The translations under genes were made by a program, and so were the position numbers. Below, piece after piece: positions 16,243 through 27,065 of a stretch of DNA of 32,000 nucleotides (its first letter is position 1; each line of letters starts with the position of its first letter). This DNA is from Geotalea daltonii FRC-32 (GTDB taxonomy: Bacteria; Desulfobacterota; Desulfuromonadia; Geobacterales; Geobacteraceae): positions 2,340,001-2,372,000 of the forward strand of contig NC_011979.1 in NCBI RefSeq assembly GCF_000022265.1, read 5' to 3'. The notes below the pieces were generated by a model, which made no database searches, was not told the DNA's origin, and saw only the letters and a program-made list of their open reading frames with translations.

Positions 16243-17214
16243 ATGATTGAGAAAAAAGCGAAGATATATGTCGCCGGTCATCGGGGACTTGTTGGTTCTG
16301 CCATAGTCAGAAAACTTAAAGCGGAAGGTTACGACAACCTGGTTGTCAGGACAAGTGCTGAGCTGGATTTACGCAACCAGCAGGCCGTCTCTGATTTCTT
16401 CCAGCAGGAGAAGCCGGAGTACGTCTTTCTTGCCGCCGCCAAGGTTGGCGGAATCGTTGCCAACAATACCTATCCCGCCGAATTCATCCATGACAACCTG
16501 ATGATCCAGACCAATGTCATTCATCAGTCATGGCTGAATGGTGTGCAGAGGTTGCTCTTCCTGGGGAGCACCTGCATCTATCCGAAAATGGCACCCCAGC
16601 CGATCAAGGAGGAATACCTCCTCACCGGTCCCCTGGAACCGACCAACGAACCTTATGCCATAGCCAAAATCACCGGCATCAAGATGTGCCAGGCCTACAA
16701 TCGCCAGTATGGCACCAGGTTTCTTGCCGCCATGCCGACAAATCTTTACGGGGCCAACGACAATTTTGACCTGGAGACCTCCCATGTATTGCCGGCTTTG
16801 ATGCGCAAGTTCCATGAGGCGAAGGTGAATGGGGAGGACAAGGTCGTTGTCTGGGGCACGGGAACTCCGCTCCGCGAGTTTCTCCATGTGAATGATCTGG
16901 CTGACGCCTCTGTATTTCTCCTGAATTTACCTGAAGATGCCTTTTCCTCACTCCTCACTGACCCCTCCTCACCAGCCTTACTAAATGTGGGGAGCGGCGA
17001 GGAGATTACCATCAAGGATTTGGCAGTCGCCATAAAAGATGTAGTTGGCTATACGGACAATCTGGTGTTTGATGCCAGCAAGCCAGATGGTACTCCGCGC
17101 AAGCTGTCGGATGTCTCTAGACTTAACAAGCTTGGCTGGCGGCACAAAATTATTTTGGCAGATGGCTTAAAGACAGTATACGATTGGTACACACTGCAGA
17201 GACAAGGGTCGTAG
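16243..17214 (+). CDS. fcl: GDP-L-fucose synthase (GDP-4-keto-6-deoxy-D-mannose 3,5-epimerase/4-reductase)
   Basis: [41 protein letters not shown] and NLYGPxDNF-like (NLYGANDNF) segments. Confidence 0.92.
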   Translation: MIEKKAKIYVAGHRGLVGSAIVRKLKAEGYDNLVVRTSAELDLRNQQAVSDFFQQEKPEYVFLAAAKVGGIVANNTYPAEFIHDNLMIQTNVIHQSWLNGVQRLLFLGSTCIYPKMAPQPIKEEYLLTGPLEPTNEPYAIAKITGIKMCQAYNRQYGTRFLAAMPTNLYGANDNFDLETSHVLPALMRKFHEAKVNGEDKVVVWGTGTPLREFLHVNDLADASVFLLNLPEDAFSSLLTDPSSPALLNVGSGEEITIKDLAVAIKDVVGYTDNLVFDASKPDGTPRKLSDVSRLNKLGWRHKIILADGLKTVYDWYTLQRQGS

Positions 17215-17313
17215 AGTACCACCTTGTAACTTGTTCGTGCTCAATATCCTTCTACAGAAGCGTAACCCCTATCCGAACACGATGATATTTTGTTGCATTG
17301 CAGAGGAGCCGTA

Positions 17314-18090
17314 ATGAAAGTTGTTATACTTGCAGGTGGATTTGGAACAAGGATAAGTGAAGAATCCCACCTGAAGCCAAAACCGATGGTGGAGATCGGG
17401 GAGCAGCCAATTCTCTGGCACATAATGAAGATATATTCCCATTATGGCTTCAATGACTTCGTCATCTGTCTTGGTTACAAGGGGTATTGCATAAAAGAGT
17501 TCTTTGCCCACTATTTTCTCCATGAATCAGATGTCACCTTTGATTTCAAGAACCAGAATCAGAGAGTTATACATCATCACTCTGCAGAACCTTGGACCGT
17601 TACCCTTGTCAATACTGGCCTGGAAACTATGACCGGTGGCAGGGTTAGGAGAGTCAGGGAATATATTGGCAACGAACCCTTCATGCTTACCTATGGCGAC
17701 GGCGTTTCGGACGTAAACATAAAGGCATTAGTCGACTATCACCAATCTCACGGCAAATTTGCAACCGTCACATCTATACAGCCTTCCGGCCGTTTTGGGG
17801 CACTTGATCTTGATTCCACCAGCACAGTGCATGGTTTCAAAGAAAAACCGAAGGGTGATGGGGCTTGGATTAACGGAGGGTTTTTCATTCTTCAGCCAGA
17901 AGTCTTCGATTTTATTGCAGGTGACTCTACCGTGCTGGAACAAGAGCCGTTGGAAGGGCTTTCAAAGGCGGGACAATTGAAAGCTTTTAAACATTCCGGT
18001 TTCTGGCAGCCAATGGATACACTGCGCGACAAGAACTATCTGGAAGAACTTTGGAAAACAGGCAAAGCGCCATGGAAGGTCTGGGCGTGA
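17314..18090 (+). CDS. rfbF: glucose-1-phosphate cytidylyltransferase
   Basis: MKVVILAGGFGTRISEESHLKPKPMVEIGEQPILWHIMKIYSHYGFNDFVICLGYKGY is the canonical RfbF/DdhA N-terminus. GAGGAG RBS before ATG 17314. The track start at 17290 is less likely. Confidence 0.92.
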   Translation: MKVVILAGGFGTRISEESHLKPKPMVEIGEQPILWHIMKIYSHYGFNDFVICLGYKGYCIKEFFAHYFLHESDVTFDFKNQNQRVIHHHSAEPWTVTLVNTGLETMTGGRVRRVREYIGNEPFMLTYGDGVSDVNIKALVDYHQSHGKFATVTSIQPSGRFGALDLDSTSTVHGFKEKPKGDGAWINGGFFILQPEVFDFIAGDSTVLEQEPLEGLSKAGQLKAFKHSGFWQPMDTLRDKNYLEELWKTGKAPWKVWA

Positions 18091-19169
18091 GACAATTTTT
18101 CCTCGGCAAAAAGATCTTCGTAACTGGCCATACTGGGTTCAAGGGAAGCTGGCTTTGCCTATGGCTGCATCAACTGGGGGCAGAGATAAATGGCTACGCC
18201 CTCGATCCCCCCACCAACCCAAGCCTGTTCAAATTGGCGCGGGTTGCAGAGCTGCTGCAGGCTCACACTGTTGCTGACATCCGCGATGGTGCTGCTCTCA
18301 CAGCCGCCATGCAGAAGGCTCAGCCCGAAATCGTCATACACATGGCTGCCCAACCCTTGGTGAGGGATTCTTATGCAATCCCTGTCGATACCTATGCCAT
18401 CAATGTCATGGGTACCGTCAATCTCCTTGAAGCGGTTCGAAATTGTCCGTCCGTTAAGGCAGTTGTCAACGTTACCACCGACAAATGTTACGAGAATAAG
18501 GAATGGGTTTGGGGATATCGTGAAAACGAGGCCATGGGGGGATATGACCCTTATTCCAGCAGTAAAGGGTGCTCCGAGTTGGTGACTTCGGCCTATCGGC
18601 AGTCCTTTTTCAACCCGTTGCATTATTCTCAGCACAATGTAGCCATTGCCACTGCACGAGCCGGCAATGTCATCGGCGGTGGCGATTGGGCCAATGATCG
18701 CCTGATCCCCGATATCGTCCGGTCATTGCTTGCCGGTGAGCCGGTCCGCATTCGCAACCCACACGCCATTCGCCCGTGGCAGCATGTGCTGGAGCCGCTA
18801 TCAGGTTACCTCACGTTGGCACAATATTTATTCCAAAGTGGGACTGAATATGCCGAAGGCTGGAATTTCGGCCCTGCTGACAATGATGCAAGGCCGGTGG
18901 AATGGATAGTAAACGAGATGTGCCGACTGTGGGGCAACGGCACGCGGTATGAGATCGACAAAGGTGAACATCTACATGAGGCCCACTACCTCAAGCTGGA
19001 CTGCTCGAAGGCGCGCATGCGTCTGAACTGGCAACCCCACTGGAGCTTGGACGAGGCTTTGGCCAACATCATCGAATGGGTAAAGGTATATTCCGCCGGT
19101 GGTGATATCCGGTCCTGTTGCCTTGAACAAATCAAATCGTATGAGAGCTACAGAGGGGAGTTGCGGTGA
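18072..19169 (+). CDS. rfbG: CDP-glucose 4,6-dehydratase
   Basis: [29 protein letters not shown] and [11 protein letters not shown] motifs. The start is ATG 18072, or GTG 18087, which overlaps the rfbF stop as GTGA. Confidence 0.9.
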   Translation: MEGLGVRQFFLGKKIFVTGHTGFKGSWLCLWLHQLGAEINGYALDPPTNPSLFKLARVAELLQAHTVADIRDGAALTAAMQKAQPEIVIHMAAQPLVRDSYAIPVDTYAINVMGTVNLLEAVRNCPSVKAVVNVTTDKCYENKEWVWGYRENEAMGGYDPYSSSKGCSELVTSAYRQSFFNPLHYSQHNVAIATARAGNVIGGGDWANDRLIPDIVRSLLAGEPVRIRNPHAIRPWQHVLEPLSGYLTLAQYLFQSGTEYAEGWNFGPADNDARPVEWIVNEMCRLWGNGTRYEIDKGEHLHEAHYLKLDCSKARMRLNWQPHWSLDEALANIIEWVKVYSAGGDIRSCCLEQIKSYESYRGELR

Positions 19170-20509
19170 GTATCGAACAAGAAGCTAAACTTCGCAAAGA
19201 GGCTATAGATGCAGCTATCGCTTACTATAATCATGTGCATGGTTGCAAAAAAAAATTCTCTCCTGGGGACCGTATTCCCTATGCAGGTCGTGTTTTCGAC
19301 GAGGCTGAGATTATCAACCTCGTAGATTCTTCCCTGGATTTCTGGCTGACTACCGGCCGGTATGCCGAAAAATTCGAAACCGACTTCGCCAGGTTTTTGG
19401 GGGTCCAGCACTGTTCACTGACCAATTCCGGGTCTTCTGCCAACCTGCTGGCGTTTATGGCACTGACTTCACTTAAGCTGGGGCAGCGCCGGATAAAGCC
19501 AGGTGACGAGGTTATCACCGTTGCAGCCGGTTTCCCGACCACCGTGGCCCCTATCATTCAATACGGTGCAATACCGGTTTTCGTGGATGTTTCGCTGCCC
19601 ACCTATAACATTGATACAGCCCTGCTGGATGAAGCTCTTTCCGAGAAGACAAAAGCGGTTATGGTTGCCCACACGCTGGGTAATCCCTTCGATCTGGCCG
19701 CTGTCAAGGCTTTCTGCGACCGGCACAACCTTTGGCTCATCGAGGACAACTGTGATGCGCTAGGCTCCCGCTACAACTATAAAGGTACCTGGAAATATAC
19801 CGGCACTATCGGTGATATCGGCACATCCAGCTTTTATCCACCCCACCATATGACCATGGGGGAGGGGGGCGCCGTCTATACCGATGATCCTCAACTGAAG
19901 CGCCTGGTGGAATCATTCCGCGACTGGGGGCGTGACTGCTGGTGCCCATCAGGCAAGGACAATACCTGCGGCAACCGCTTCGGCCAGCAGTTTGGCGAGC
20001 TCCCCTTCGGCTATGACCATAAGTATGTCTATTCCCATTTCGGTTACAACCTGAAAGTAACTGATATGCAGGCGGCAATCGGCTGTGCCCAGTTGGAAAA
20101 GCTGCCGCAATTCATTGAAGCGAGGAAGAAAAATTGGAAACTGCTGCGTGACGGACTTGCGGGACTGGAAGACAGACTGCTCTTACCTGAGGCGACGGAG
20201 AATAGTGACCCCTCCTGGTTCGGTTTCCTCCTTACAGTCCGTGAAGGGGCCGGTTTCAACCGGGATAAGATTGTTAATCATTTAGAGGGGAAAGGTATAC
20301 AGACGCGGATGCTTTTTGCGGGTAATTTAACCAAGCATCCTTGCTTTGACGAAATGCGCCGTGAAGGGAAGAGCTATCGGGTTATTGGAAATCTAGAGAC
20401 CACAGACAGCATCATGCGCGAAACCTTCTGGATTGGTGTTTATCCAGGGATGACGGAAGAGATGATTGCATACATGATCTCGACAATAAAAGGCTTTGCT
20501 TGTAAATGA
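19166..20509 (+). CDS. rfbH: CDP-6-deoxy-L-threo-D-glycero-4-hexulose-3-dehydrase (E1, RfbH/DdhC; DegT/DnrJ/EryC1 fold)
   Basis: [14 protein letters not shown] (HH at 19844-19849) has His where aminotransferases of this fold have the Schiff-base Lys. [11 protein letters not shown] (19937-19969) is the C-X-C-X7-C part of the E1 [2Fe-2S] motif, with a further Cys 61 residues upstream (DNC). The GTG start overlaps the rfbG stop. Confidence 0.9.
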   Translation: MSIEQEAKLRKEAIDAAIAYYNHVHGCKKKFSPGDRIPYAGRVFDEAEIINLVDSSLDFWLTTGRYAEKFETDFARFLGVQHCSLTNSGSSANLLAFMALTSLKLGQRRIKPGDEVITVAAGFPTTVAPIIQYGAIPVFVDVSLPTYNIDTALLDEALSEKTKAVMVAHTLGNPFDLAAVKAFCDRHNLWLIEDNCDALGSRYNYKGTWKYTGTIGDIGTSSFYPPHHMTMGEGGAVYTDDPQLKRLVESFRDWGRDCWCPSGKDNTCGNRFGQQFGELPFGYDHKYVYSHFGYNLKVTDMQAAIGCAQLEKLPQFIEARKKNWKLLRDGLAGLEDRLLLPEATENSDPSWFGFLLTVREGAGFNRDKIVNHLEGKGIQTRMLFAGNLTKHPCFDEMRREGKSYRVIGNLETTDSIMRETFWIGVYPGMTEEMIAYMISTIKGFACK

Positions 20510-21393
20510 AGATTCTTGTTACCGGTGCTACAGGTTTCCTTGGAAGCCATCTGGTGCGGGCCCTTCTGAAACGGGGACATCAGATAATAGTATTAAAAAG
20601 GAGCTTTTCTGATCTTTCACGTATATCTGATCTTATGTCTTCGGTTGAAACTTACGACATTGACAAAATGGATCTGTCGCTGCCTTTTGCAGAGCAGGGA
20701 CATATCGATGTAGTCATACATGCTGCCACATGTTATGGGCGAAACAAAGAGAGAGTAACAGATATAGTTCAAGCTAATATGGCCTTTCCTCTACAGTTAC
20801 TTACTTCAGCAGTCTCTGCCAAAATATCTGCTTTTATAAACACTGACACATCTCTGGAAATGTTCCTAAACCCTTACGCTCTTTCAAAGAAACAATTTAA
20901 GGACTGGGGTGTGCTTGCAGCCAACCAACGAGGCATTACATTCATAAATCTGGAACTGGAACATTTTTATGGACCGGGTGACGATCATTCCAAATTCGTA
21001 ACAATGTTGATCAGAAAGTGTCTTCAGAATGTGAAAGAGCTGAATCTGACAGCCGGCGAGCAGAAGCGCGATTTCATTCACATAGACGATGTCGTTTCAG
21101 CGTATCTGCTCATTCTCGATCAGTTACAGATAAAAAAGCCATCCTTTAAGAATTATAGTCTTGGTTCCGGGAATACCATTGCGGTAAGGGCTCTTGTTGA
21201 GAAAATTCATGTGATGACCGGATCTCATACAGTGCTTAATTTTGGCGCCATCCCCTACCGTCAGAACGAGGTAATGGATTCATGTGCCGACATAACAGCC
21301 CTCAATTCGCTCGGATGGACTCCAAAGATCTCCTTGGACAATGGCCTTGGCATGACCATTCCATACGAAAAGCAGCGATTACAAAAAGGATAG
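20506..21393 (+). CDS. CDP-paratose/abequose synthase-like SDR (CDP-3,6-dideoxy-4-hexulose 4-reductase)
   Basis: [16 protein letters not shown] Rossmann N-terminus. [25 protein letters not shown]...[10 protein letters not shown] and [14 protein letters not shown] parallel Salmonella RfbS (Prt) as I recall it. Its position between rfbH and a tyvelose epimerase homologue also fits. ATGA overlap with rfbH. Confidence 0.65.
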   Translation: MKILVTGATGFLGSHLVRALLKRGHQIIVLKRSFSDLSRISDLMSSVETYDIDKMDLSLPFAEQGHIDVVIHAATCYGRNKERVTDIVQANMAFPLQLLTSAVSAKISAFINTDTSLEMFLNPYALSKKQFKDWGVLAANQRGITFINLELEHFYGPGDDHSKFVTMLIRKCLQNVKELNLTAGEQKRDFIHIDDVVSAYLLILDQLQIKKPSFKNYSLGSGNTIAVRALVEKIHVMTGSHTVLNFGAIPYRQNEVMDSCADITALNSLGWTPKISLDNGLGMTIPYEKQRLQKG

Positions 21394-21411
21394 TTTGAAA
21401 AGGGCTTTGAT

Positions 21412-22431
21412 ATGAAATTATTGATTACTGGGGGTTGCGGTTTTCTTGGTAGCAATCTTGCCTCACATGCTATTCAACAGGGCATGGATCTTGTAGTTTT
21501 TGATAACCTGTACCGTGAGGGATCTCTTTCGAACCTGCAGTGGCTTAAAGGTCTCGGAAAATTTCGGTTCGTTCACGGAGATATTAGAAATCAGAATGAC
21601 ATAACCCGGTTGGTGCAGGATTTCCAGCCATCGGCCGTCTTTCACCTGGCCGGACAGGTGGCCATGACAACCTCCATTGCAAATCCACGCATGGATTTTG
21701 AAGTCAACGCCATGGGCACTCACAATCTCCTTGAGGCGATACGGCTGTATGCTCCTGATGCAGCGGTTATTTATTCTTCCACAAACAAAGTTTATGGCGA
21801 TCTTGAGCAGTACTCTTACCGGGAAACGGCCACAAGGTATGAGTGCGTCGACCATCCAAGGGGGTTTGATGAATCTACATCCCTTGATTTCCATTCTCCC
21901 TATGGCTGCTCGAAAGGGGCGGCAGACCAGTACATGCTCGATTACTCCCGTATTTTTGGGCTGAAAACAGTCGTTTTTCGCCATTCCTCAATGTATGGTG
22001 GACGGCAATTTGCTACGTATGATCAGGGGTGGATCGGCTGGTTCTGCCAACAGGCTGTAGCAACGAAAGCCGGAACACTCAAGGAACCTTTCACAATATC
22101 GGGAAATGGCAAGCAGGTGCGCGATGTGCTGCATGCCGACGATATGATTGCTCTCTACTTTTCAGCTTTTGAGAACATTGAGAAAGCCAAGGGTAATGCC
22201 TTTAATATAGGGGGCGGAATCGAGAACAGTCTTTCCTTGTTGGAGCTATTTGGGTTGTTGGAAGAGATTGGTAAGCTAAAGCTCGATTACAGAAAGCTTC
22301 CCCCGCGCGAAAGTGACCAGAGGGTTTTTGTCGCCGATCTTGCCAAGGCCAAGACTTTGATGGGTTGGTCCCCCAAAGTGTCTGCTAGTGATGGCGTGAA
22401 GCGAATGCTCGAATGGGTATCTGGAAATTGA
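21412..22431 (+). CDS. rfbE: CDP-paratose 2-epimerase (CDP-tyvelose 2-epimerase)
   Basis: [20 protein letters not shown]...VVFDNL...[15 protein letters not shown]...[18 protein letters not shown]...[14 protein letters not shown]...[50 protein letters not shown] is near-colinear with Salmonella Typhi RfbE (Tyv) as I recall it. Confidence 0.85.
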   Translation: MKLLITGGCGFLGSNLASHAIQQGMDLVVFDNLYREGSLSNLQWLKGLGKFRFVHGDIRNQNDITRLVQDFQPSAVFHLAGQVAMTTSIANPRMDFEVNAMGTHNLLEAIRLYAPDAAVIYSSTNKVYGDLEQYSYRETATRYECVDHPRGFDESTSLDFHSPYGCSKGAADQYMLDYSRIFGLKTVVFRHSSMYGGRQFATYDQGWIGWFCQQAVATKAGTLKEPFTISGNGKQVRDVLHADDMIALYFSAFENIEKAKGNAFNIGGGIENSLSLLELFGLLEEIGKLKLDYRKLPPRESDQRVFVADLAKAKTLMGWSPKVSASDGVKRMLEWVSGN

Positions 22432-22432
22432 G

Positions 22433-23686
22433 ATGAAGCTAGCTGTGGTAGCAGGATGGATTGCAAGAGCACTAGTTATTATACTCTCTCTAGTAAACTC
22501 GCGGTTGTTGATAGATTTAGTTGGCGTAGAGGGTTTGGCAGTACAATCCATCCTTGTGTCACTGACAACCTGGTTCACATTGCTGAACTTTGGTATTCCA
22601 CAGGCGGTACAGAACCTTATTTCCCGTTGCAGAGCGGAAGGACATAATCACGAACTGCTTAAGCAAACGGCTAGCAGTGCACTGGTGGTAATTTTTGTTG
22701 TTCTGCTGCCAGTAGTGATGCTTCTGGGCGTTGCAATCAGGCATTTTGTGCTGGCCCGTTACCCGGGTGTGGCAACAATAACCGTCATCCTTTTTTGTGT
22801 CGGGTTATTTATTGCCGGGCTGAGCGTTCTGTTCAACCTTGTGCTTTATGCAGAGCAACGTGGACATTGGCCGAATCTTTATCCCGCTGTTAATTCTCTT
22901 TTTGTCACTGGAAGCCTTATAGCATTCCGTTTTCTGGCTATCTACGATATTAACCAGATACTGTTGATTCTTGTGATTGGTAACCTTCTTGTTGCTGCTA
23001 TAGGGGCTTTGCAGGCGGGGGTGTACCGCAGGTGGTCTCTCGACAGGCATATTCTAAAGGAAATTTGGCATCACAGCCGTGGTTTTGCTCTTTTTTCGTT
23101 TCTTGCGGCAGGAGTATTGGGCATTGACTATCTTGTAATGTCTCGTGTATTGGCTGCACATGACATTGCAGTCTACAACATCTGCCAACGCGTATTTATG
23201 GCTTTATTTTCTGTGCATGCCATCATATTGACTTCAGCTTGGTCATCTGTTTCTGAAACTCTCTTTGCCAAACAGTGGGAGCTTGCTAGAAAAAAAATAA
23301 GGAGTTTACTGATCATCGGTGGTGGTATGGTGATTATTTTAGGATCTTTTATCATGATCTTCATGGAAAATATAGCTGACATTGTTTCCCATCATGTAAT
23401 CACTTTAGTACCTGTTTCTTTGACATCTCTTTTTGTCATTTACATGTTGTTACGTGTTTGGTCAGATACGTATGCAATGGCATTGCTGAGTTTCAACGAA
23501 ACAAACCTATTGAATCGTTATGTTCCTGTTCAAGCAATCGTGAGCATACTGGCACAAATTGTACTTGGAAAAGAATATGGTTCGACAGGGATCATGTTGG
23601 GTCTTATACTTTCATTTGCAGTAACATCTGTTTGGATACTGCCTAAAGCATTCTATCATACAACTAGAGAGCGTGCCTGTGACTGA
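22433..23686 (+). CDS. wzx: O-antigen flippase (Wzx-like, MOP/polysaccharide biosynthesis protein family)
   Basis: 417 aa and almost entirely hydrophobic segments. It begins 2 nt after the rfbE stop, the same position as rfbX/wzx in the Salmonella group D cluster. No catalytic motifs are expected in this family. Confidence 0.7.
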   Translation: MKLAVVAGWIARALVIILSLVNSRLLIDLVGVEGLAVQSILVSLTTWFTLLNFGIPQAVQNLISRCRAEGHNHELLKQTASSALVVIFVVLLPVVMLLGVAIRHFVLARYPGVATITVILFCVGLFIAGLSVLFNLVLYAEQRGHWPNLYPAVNSLFVTGSLIAFRFLAIYDINQILLILVIGNLLVAAIGALQAGVYRRWSLDRHILKEIWHHSRGFALFSFLAAGVLGIDYLVMSRVLAAHDIAVYNICQRVFMALFSVHAIILTSAWSSVSETLFAKQWELARKKIRSLLIIGGGMVIILGSFIMIFMENIADIVSHHVITLVPVSLTSLFVIYMLLRVWSDTYAMALLSFNETNLLNRYVPVQAIVSILAQIVLGKEYGSTGIMLGLILSFAVTSVWILPKAFYHTTRERACD

Positions 23687-24707
23687 TGTGAAATTATCAT
23701 TTTGCATACCTACATATAATCGTGCAGCTTATATCGAGCAGACGATTGAAAGCATCGCCGATCAAATCACTGAGCTACGACTTACTGATTCTGTTGAAAT
23801 TTGTATTAGTGATAATGCCTCAATTGATGAAACAGATCAGCTGGTTTATCATTTTAAACAAAGATATCCTTCAATCAAGGTCATATACTCTAAGAATGAC
23901 TATAACATTGGTGCAGACCTAAATTATCTGCGAGCTGTTGAGCTAGCTTCAGGCGAATATTGTTGGTTTATGGGAAGTGATGATGTATTGAAACCAAATT
24001 CCTTAAATACTATTTTCGATAAGCTCAAGGTCAAGTCTTCTATTTACCTCTGTAATCGAACTTTCTGTGATTCCAGTTTGAATCCAATTTCAGACCAGAA
24101 ATGGTTGAAGAGTTATGTTAGAGATGAAGTTTTTAAAATTTACGACAGGAAATCTTTTGCTAACTATGTAGATCAGTGTACTTCTCTTGGAGGACTTTTT
24201 AGTTACCTGAGTTCTATAATTTTTAAGAGATCCAAATGGAATTCTATCCCCTATGACGAGAGGTTTACAGGAACAGCCTATGCCCATGTATTTAAATTGT
24301 TTCAATTTCTCATTGATGGCTGCACACTTAATTATATCAGCAGCCCTTTAGTCTATTGTCGTGGTGACAATGACAGCTTCTTAGGTAAAAGTCTGGCTAA
24401 GAGAGTAAACCTTGATTTGTATGGATATTTATTGCTTGCTAATACCTTGTTCAGCAAAGAAGAGATTATACATTCTAGCCTTTTGAAAGTGTTGAATTCT
24501 GAGTGTAATAATGCATATTTCTATTCCATACGTAGCACTTTAAAGGTAAGATGCTTTTCTGAAAAAGAAGACTGGCGGAATTTGAAGAGTCAATATGAAA
24601 GTATTTGCGGGGATAATCTCAAATTTTTATTTGTAGATAAAATACCTTTCGCTTTGCTCTTTTTATTTCGCATGTGCTTTGTCCTCAAAAGAATAATCTA
24701 TGTATAA
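23673..24707 (+). CDS. glycosyltransferase family 2
   Basis: KLSFCIPTYNRAAYIEQTIESIADQ ... ICISDNASIDETD ... FMGSDDV motifs. There are GTG start candidates at 23673, 23679 and 23688, all overlapping the wzx 3' end. Confidence 0.75.
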   Translation: MPVTDVKLSFCIPTYNRAAYIEQTIESIADQITELRLTDSVEICISDNASIDETDQLVYHFKQRYPSIKVIYSKNDYNIGADLNYLRAVELASGEYCWFMGSDDVLKPNSLNTIFDKLKVKSSIYLCNRTFCDSSLNPISDQKWLKSYVRDEVFKIYDRKSFANYVDQCTSLGGLFSYLSSIIFKRSKWNSIPYDERFTGTAYAHVFKLFQFLIDGCTLNYISSPLVYCRGDNDSFLGKSLAKRVNLDLYGYLLLANTLFSKEEIIHSSLLKVLNSECNNAYFYSIRSTLKVRCFSEKEDWRNLKSQYESICGDNLKFLFVDKIPFALLFLFRMCFVLKRIIYV

Positions 24708-25833
24708 AAAGTCCGTCTTTTACATAAGTGCCAATTTATCTTCAAATGCCAGTGGTGGCAGACTACTTTCTGAAACTAATTTAAAAATATTAGAAGCATG
24801 TACCGGCATTGACATTGAAGTTTTTTCTGTTGGTAGAGGGGAGACTGAATTTAACAATATCCAGTCAACTACAAGTACTTTCAGTACTGGAATAGCTAAT
24901 CTAAATCTTTTCTCAGGTGGGTTGAATAGAAGGGCAGTCAACGTTATTGTAAACGAGATTGCTAAAAAACAGCCTGTTTTGCTTTACTTAGATACCTCAT
25001 TATTTGGTTATTTGGCATTCATTGTTAAAAAAAATTTCCCCAGCATTAAAATTATTACTTTTTTCCACAATGTTGAAATTGATTTCAAAAGGCAGTGTTA
25101 TGGAGGTTTAAAGAGGCTAGTTTACGCACCAGCAATTATTTCGGATTGGGTAAATGAAAAGCTGGCTATTTCACACTCTGATACATTAGTTGCTTTGCAT
25201 GCAACAGACTCTAATCGATTGCAACGCTTATATGGTCGTGCCGCTGATTTCATTCATCCTGTTTGTATTGCCGATGCAAAGCCAGCATGTCATTACATTA
25301 ACAGTCAAGTCAACTTGCAACCAGGCTACCTTCTTTTCGTGGGTTCAGCATTCCCACCAAATATACAGGCATTGGAATTCCTTTGCGAACATGTGATGCC
25401 ATTTGTCGATATACCTTTAGTGGTCATAGGAGCAAATTTAGAGACATACACTCACAAGTTCGGATCAAAAAATGTATGTATTATTGGTACTGTTTCAGAT
25501 CTTGAACCTTATTACAGGAACGCAAAACTTGTGGTTACTCCTATTTTTGCTGGTGCTGGTATGAAAGTGAAAGTGGCTGAAGCATTAATGCACGGCAGAA
25601 GTGTGATCGGAAGCAGGTTTTCTTTTATTGGTTATGAAAATGCCATTGCACATGGTGTGTGCATAATAGCAGAGACTGCTTCTGAATATATTAATAAAAT
25701 TAAAGGGTTTACATCCTCCCCGGATGCTGATTCAGTAGCAGAAAAGTTGTTTTTGGAGGAGTTCAGTGTTGCAGCAGGGATTAATCGCATGACTGAAATT
25801 GTCGGTGGTTTAAACATTGGTTTACTTGAATAA
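24700..25833 (+). CDS. glycosyltransferase, GT4-like (Glycos_transf_1-like C-terminal domain)
   Basis: The C-terminal AGAGMKVKVAEALMHGRSVIGS resembles the GT4 sugar-donor-binding region. The N-terminal half is not recognisable. The ATG overlaps the upstream stop. Confidence 0.6.
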   Translation: MYKKSVFYISANLSSNASGGRLLSETNLKILEACTGIDIEVFSVGRGETEFNNIQSTTSTFSTGIANLNLFSGGLNRRAVNVIVNEIAKKQPVLLYLDTSLFGYLAFIVKKNFPSIKIITFFHNVEIDFKRQCYGGLKRLVYAPAIISDWVNEKLAISHSDTLVALHATDSNRLQRLYGRAADFIHPVCIADAKPACHYINSQVNLQPGYLLFVGSAFPPNIQALEFLCEHVMPFVDIPLVVIGANLETYTHKFGSKNVCIIGTVSDLEPYYRNAKLVVTPIFAGAGMKVKVAEALMHGRSVIGSRFSFIGYENAIAHGVCIIAETASEYINKIKGFTSSPDADSVAEKLFLEEFSVAAGINRMTEIVGGLNIGLLE

Positions 25834-25840
25834 GATCATT

Positions 25841-27061
25841 ATGCTTTACAATTCCAGATATAGGCTTGCAGAAAAAATTTACCTTTCCCTTTACATTACC
25901 AGTCTAATGCTTGTGGGAATTTTTATGATGACAACCACTAATTATTCAGGTGAGTTGTCTTCTTTCGAGTACTTGGTCAGCTCTAGTGAGCTAACTATTA
26001 TCTTAGGTTACTCAGTCTTAGGCTTTATAGCCGCATATTTTTTCTATATTATTACAAAAGACAAGAGGATAGCTTTTTCATTCAGCCCATTTAGAGTTAA
26101 TATTTTACGTTTAAATATTGTTTTTGGCGGGTTGTTAATTGCCCAACTATTTTTCCTTGTTTTGACAGGGGTGGGGCGTATAGGTAGTCAGGCAACAAAT
26201 CCATTTTCCCCTCTTTTCGCGTTGTTAAACATAGATGGCTTGTTCACCATCTTTTACATGTTGGTCAGAAAGTCTCCATGTGGAAATAGAACCCTATTCT
26301 GGTTCACTGTTACAATATATGTCATTTACAAACTTCTGCAGGGTTGGTCAGGCGTCTTTTTGACAATCTTTTTCATGGAGCTTTACTTCTATTTTCAATC
26401 CCATACCTTCAAATTCTGGAACCGAATTTTCATGGTCATTCTATTGCCACTTTTTATCCTCCTGATTGGCGGTAAAATCTACCACTATGTTTTCCCCTAT
26501 AAACTTGAAGTTAGAGGCATGGGGATGTCACAAGTTTCTTATTCAGAGAGTGTTGTTAATTTGACAAACCGGCTCACATTTTTTCCTGTTGCAGTCGGTG
26601 CATATGAGAAAGATTTAGAAATTCAGCACCTTGCCTTTCAGGATGGTACTTTTTTAAGAGAAATAAAAGGTTTTTTCAGGCCGTTCACTCCTCGATTCCT
26701 GATGGATGATAAAGACTTTAGGTCTATTAACAATCTTGTCATGCAATCTTTTTTCCCGAGTATTGAAGGTTCTACAAGTTCCGATATTGGCTTGATTATG
26801 TATGTTTATACACTTTTCAAGCTAAATGTTGGGGAAACAATTGTATGGCTCGTTTTCACATTCATGCTCCTATTGTTTAACAAAGCTATTATAGATGCAT
26901 TTGAACAGTACAAAGGTCAGCTGAATTTTATCTATTTCTTACTAATTATGAAATTATATTACACAGCATCTCCTGAAATGGTCTTTGGATATGGATCGAT
27001 CAGTATTTTGTTTTTGCTACCATTACTGTTTGCCACAGGCAGCATCAAATTCAAAAGGTAA
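25841..27061 (+). CDS. O-antigen polymerase candidate (Wzy-like integral membrane protein)
   Basis: About 406 aa with many hydrophobic segments and one long hydrophilic loop (EVRGMGMSQVSYSES...FRSINN). It is very AT-rich, has no recognisable homology, and is embedded among O-unit glycosyltransferases. All of this is typical of Wzy, but the call is an inference from context. ATG 25841 is preferred to TTG 25817. Confidence 0.5.
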   Translation: MLYNSRYRLAEKIYLSLYITSLMLVGIFMMTTTNYSGELSSFEYLVSSSELTIILGYSVLGFIAAYFFYIITKDKRIAFSFSPFRVNILRLNIVFGGLLIAQLFFLVLTGVGRIGSQATNPFSPLFALLNIDGLFTIFYMLVRKSPCGNRTLFWFTVTIYVIYKLLQGWSGVFLTIFFMELYFYFQSHTFKFWNRIFMVILLPLFILLIGGKIYHYVFPYKLEVRGMGMSQVSYSESVVNLTNRLTFFPVAVGAYEKDLEIQHLAFQDGTFLREIKGFFRPFTPRFLMDDKDFRSINNLVMQSFFPSIEGSTSSDIGLIMYVYTLFKLNVGETIVWLVFTFMLLLFNKAIIDAFEQYKGQLNFIYFLLIMKLYYTASPEMVFGYGSISILFLLPLLFATGSIKFKR

Positions 27062-27065
27062 CTAA

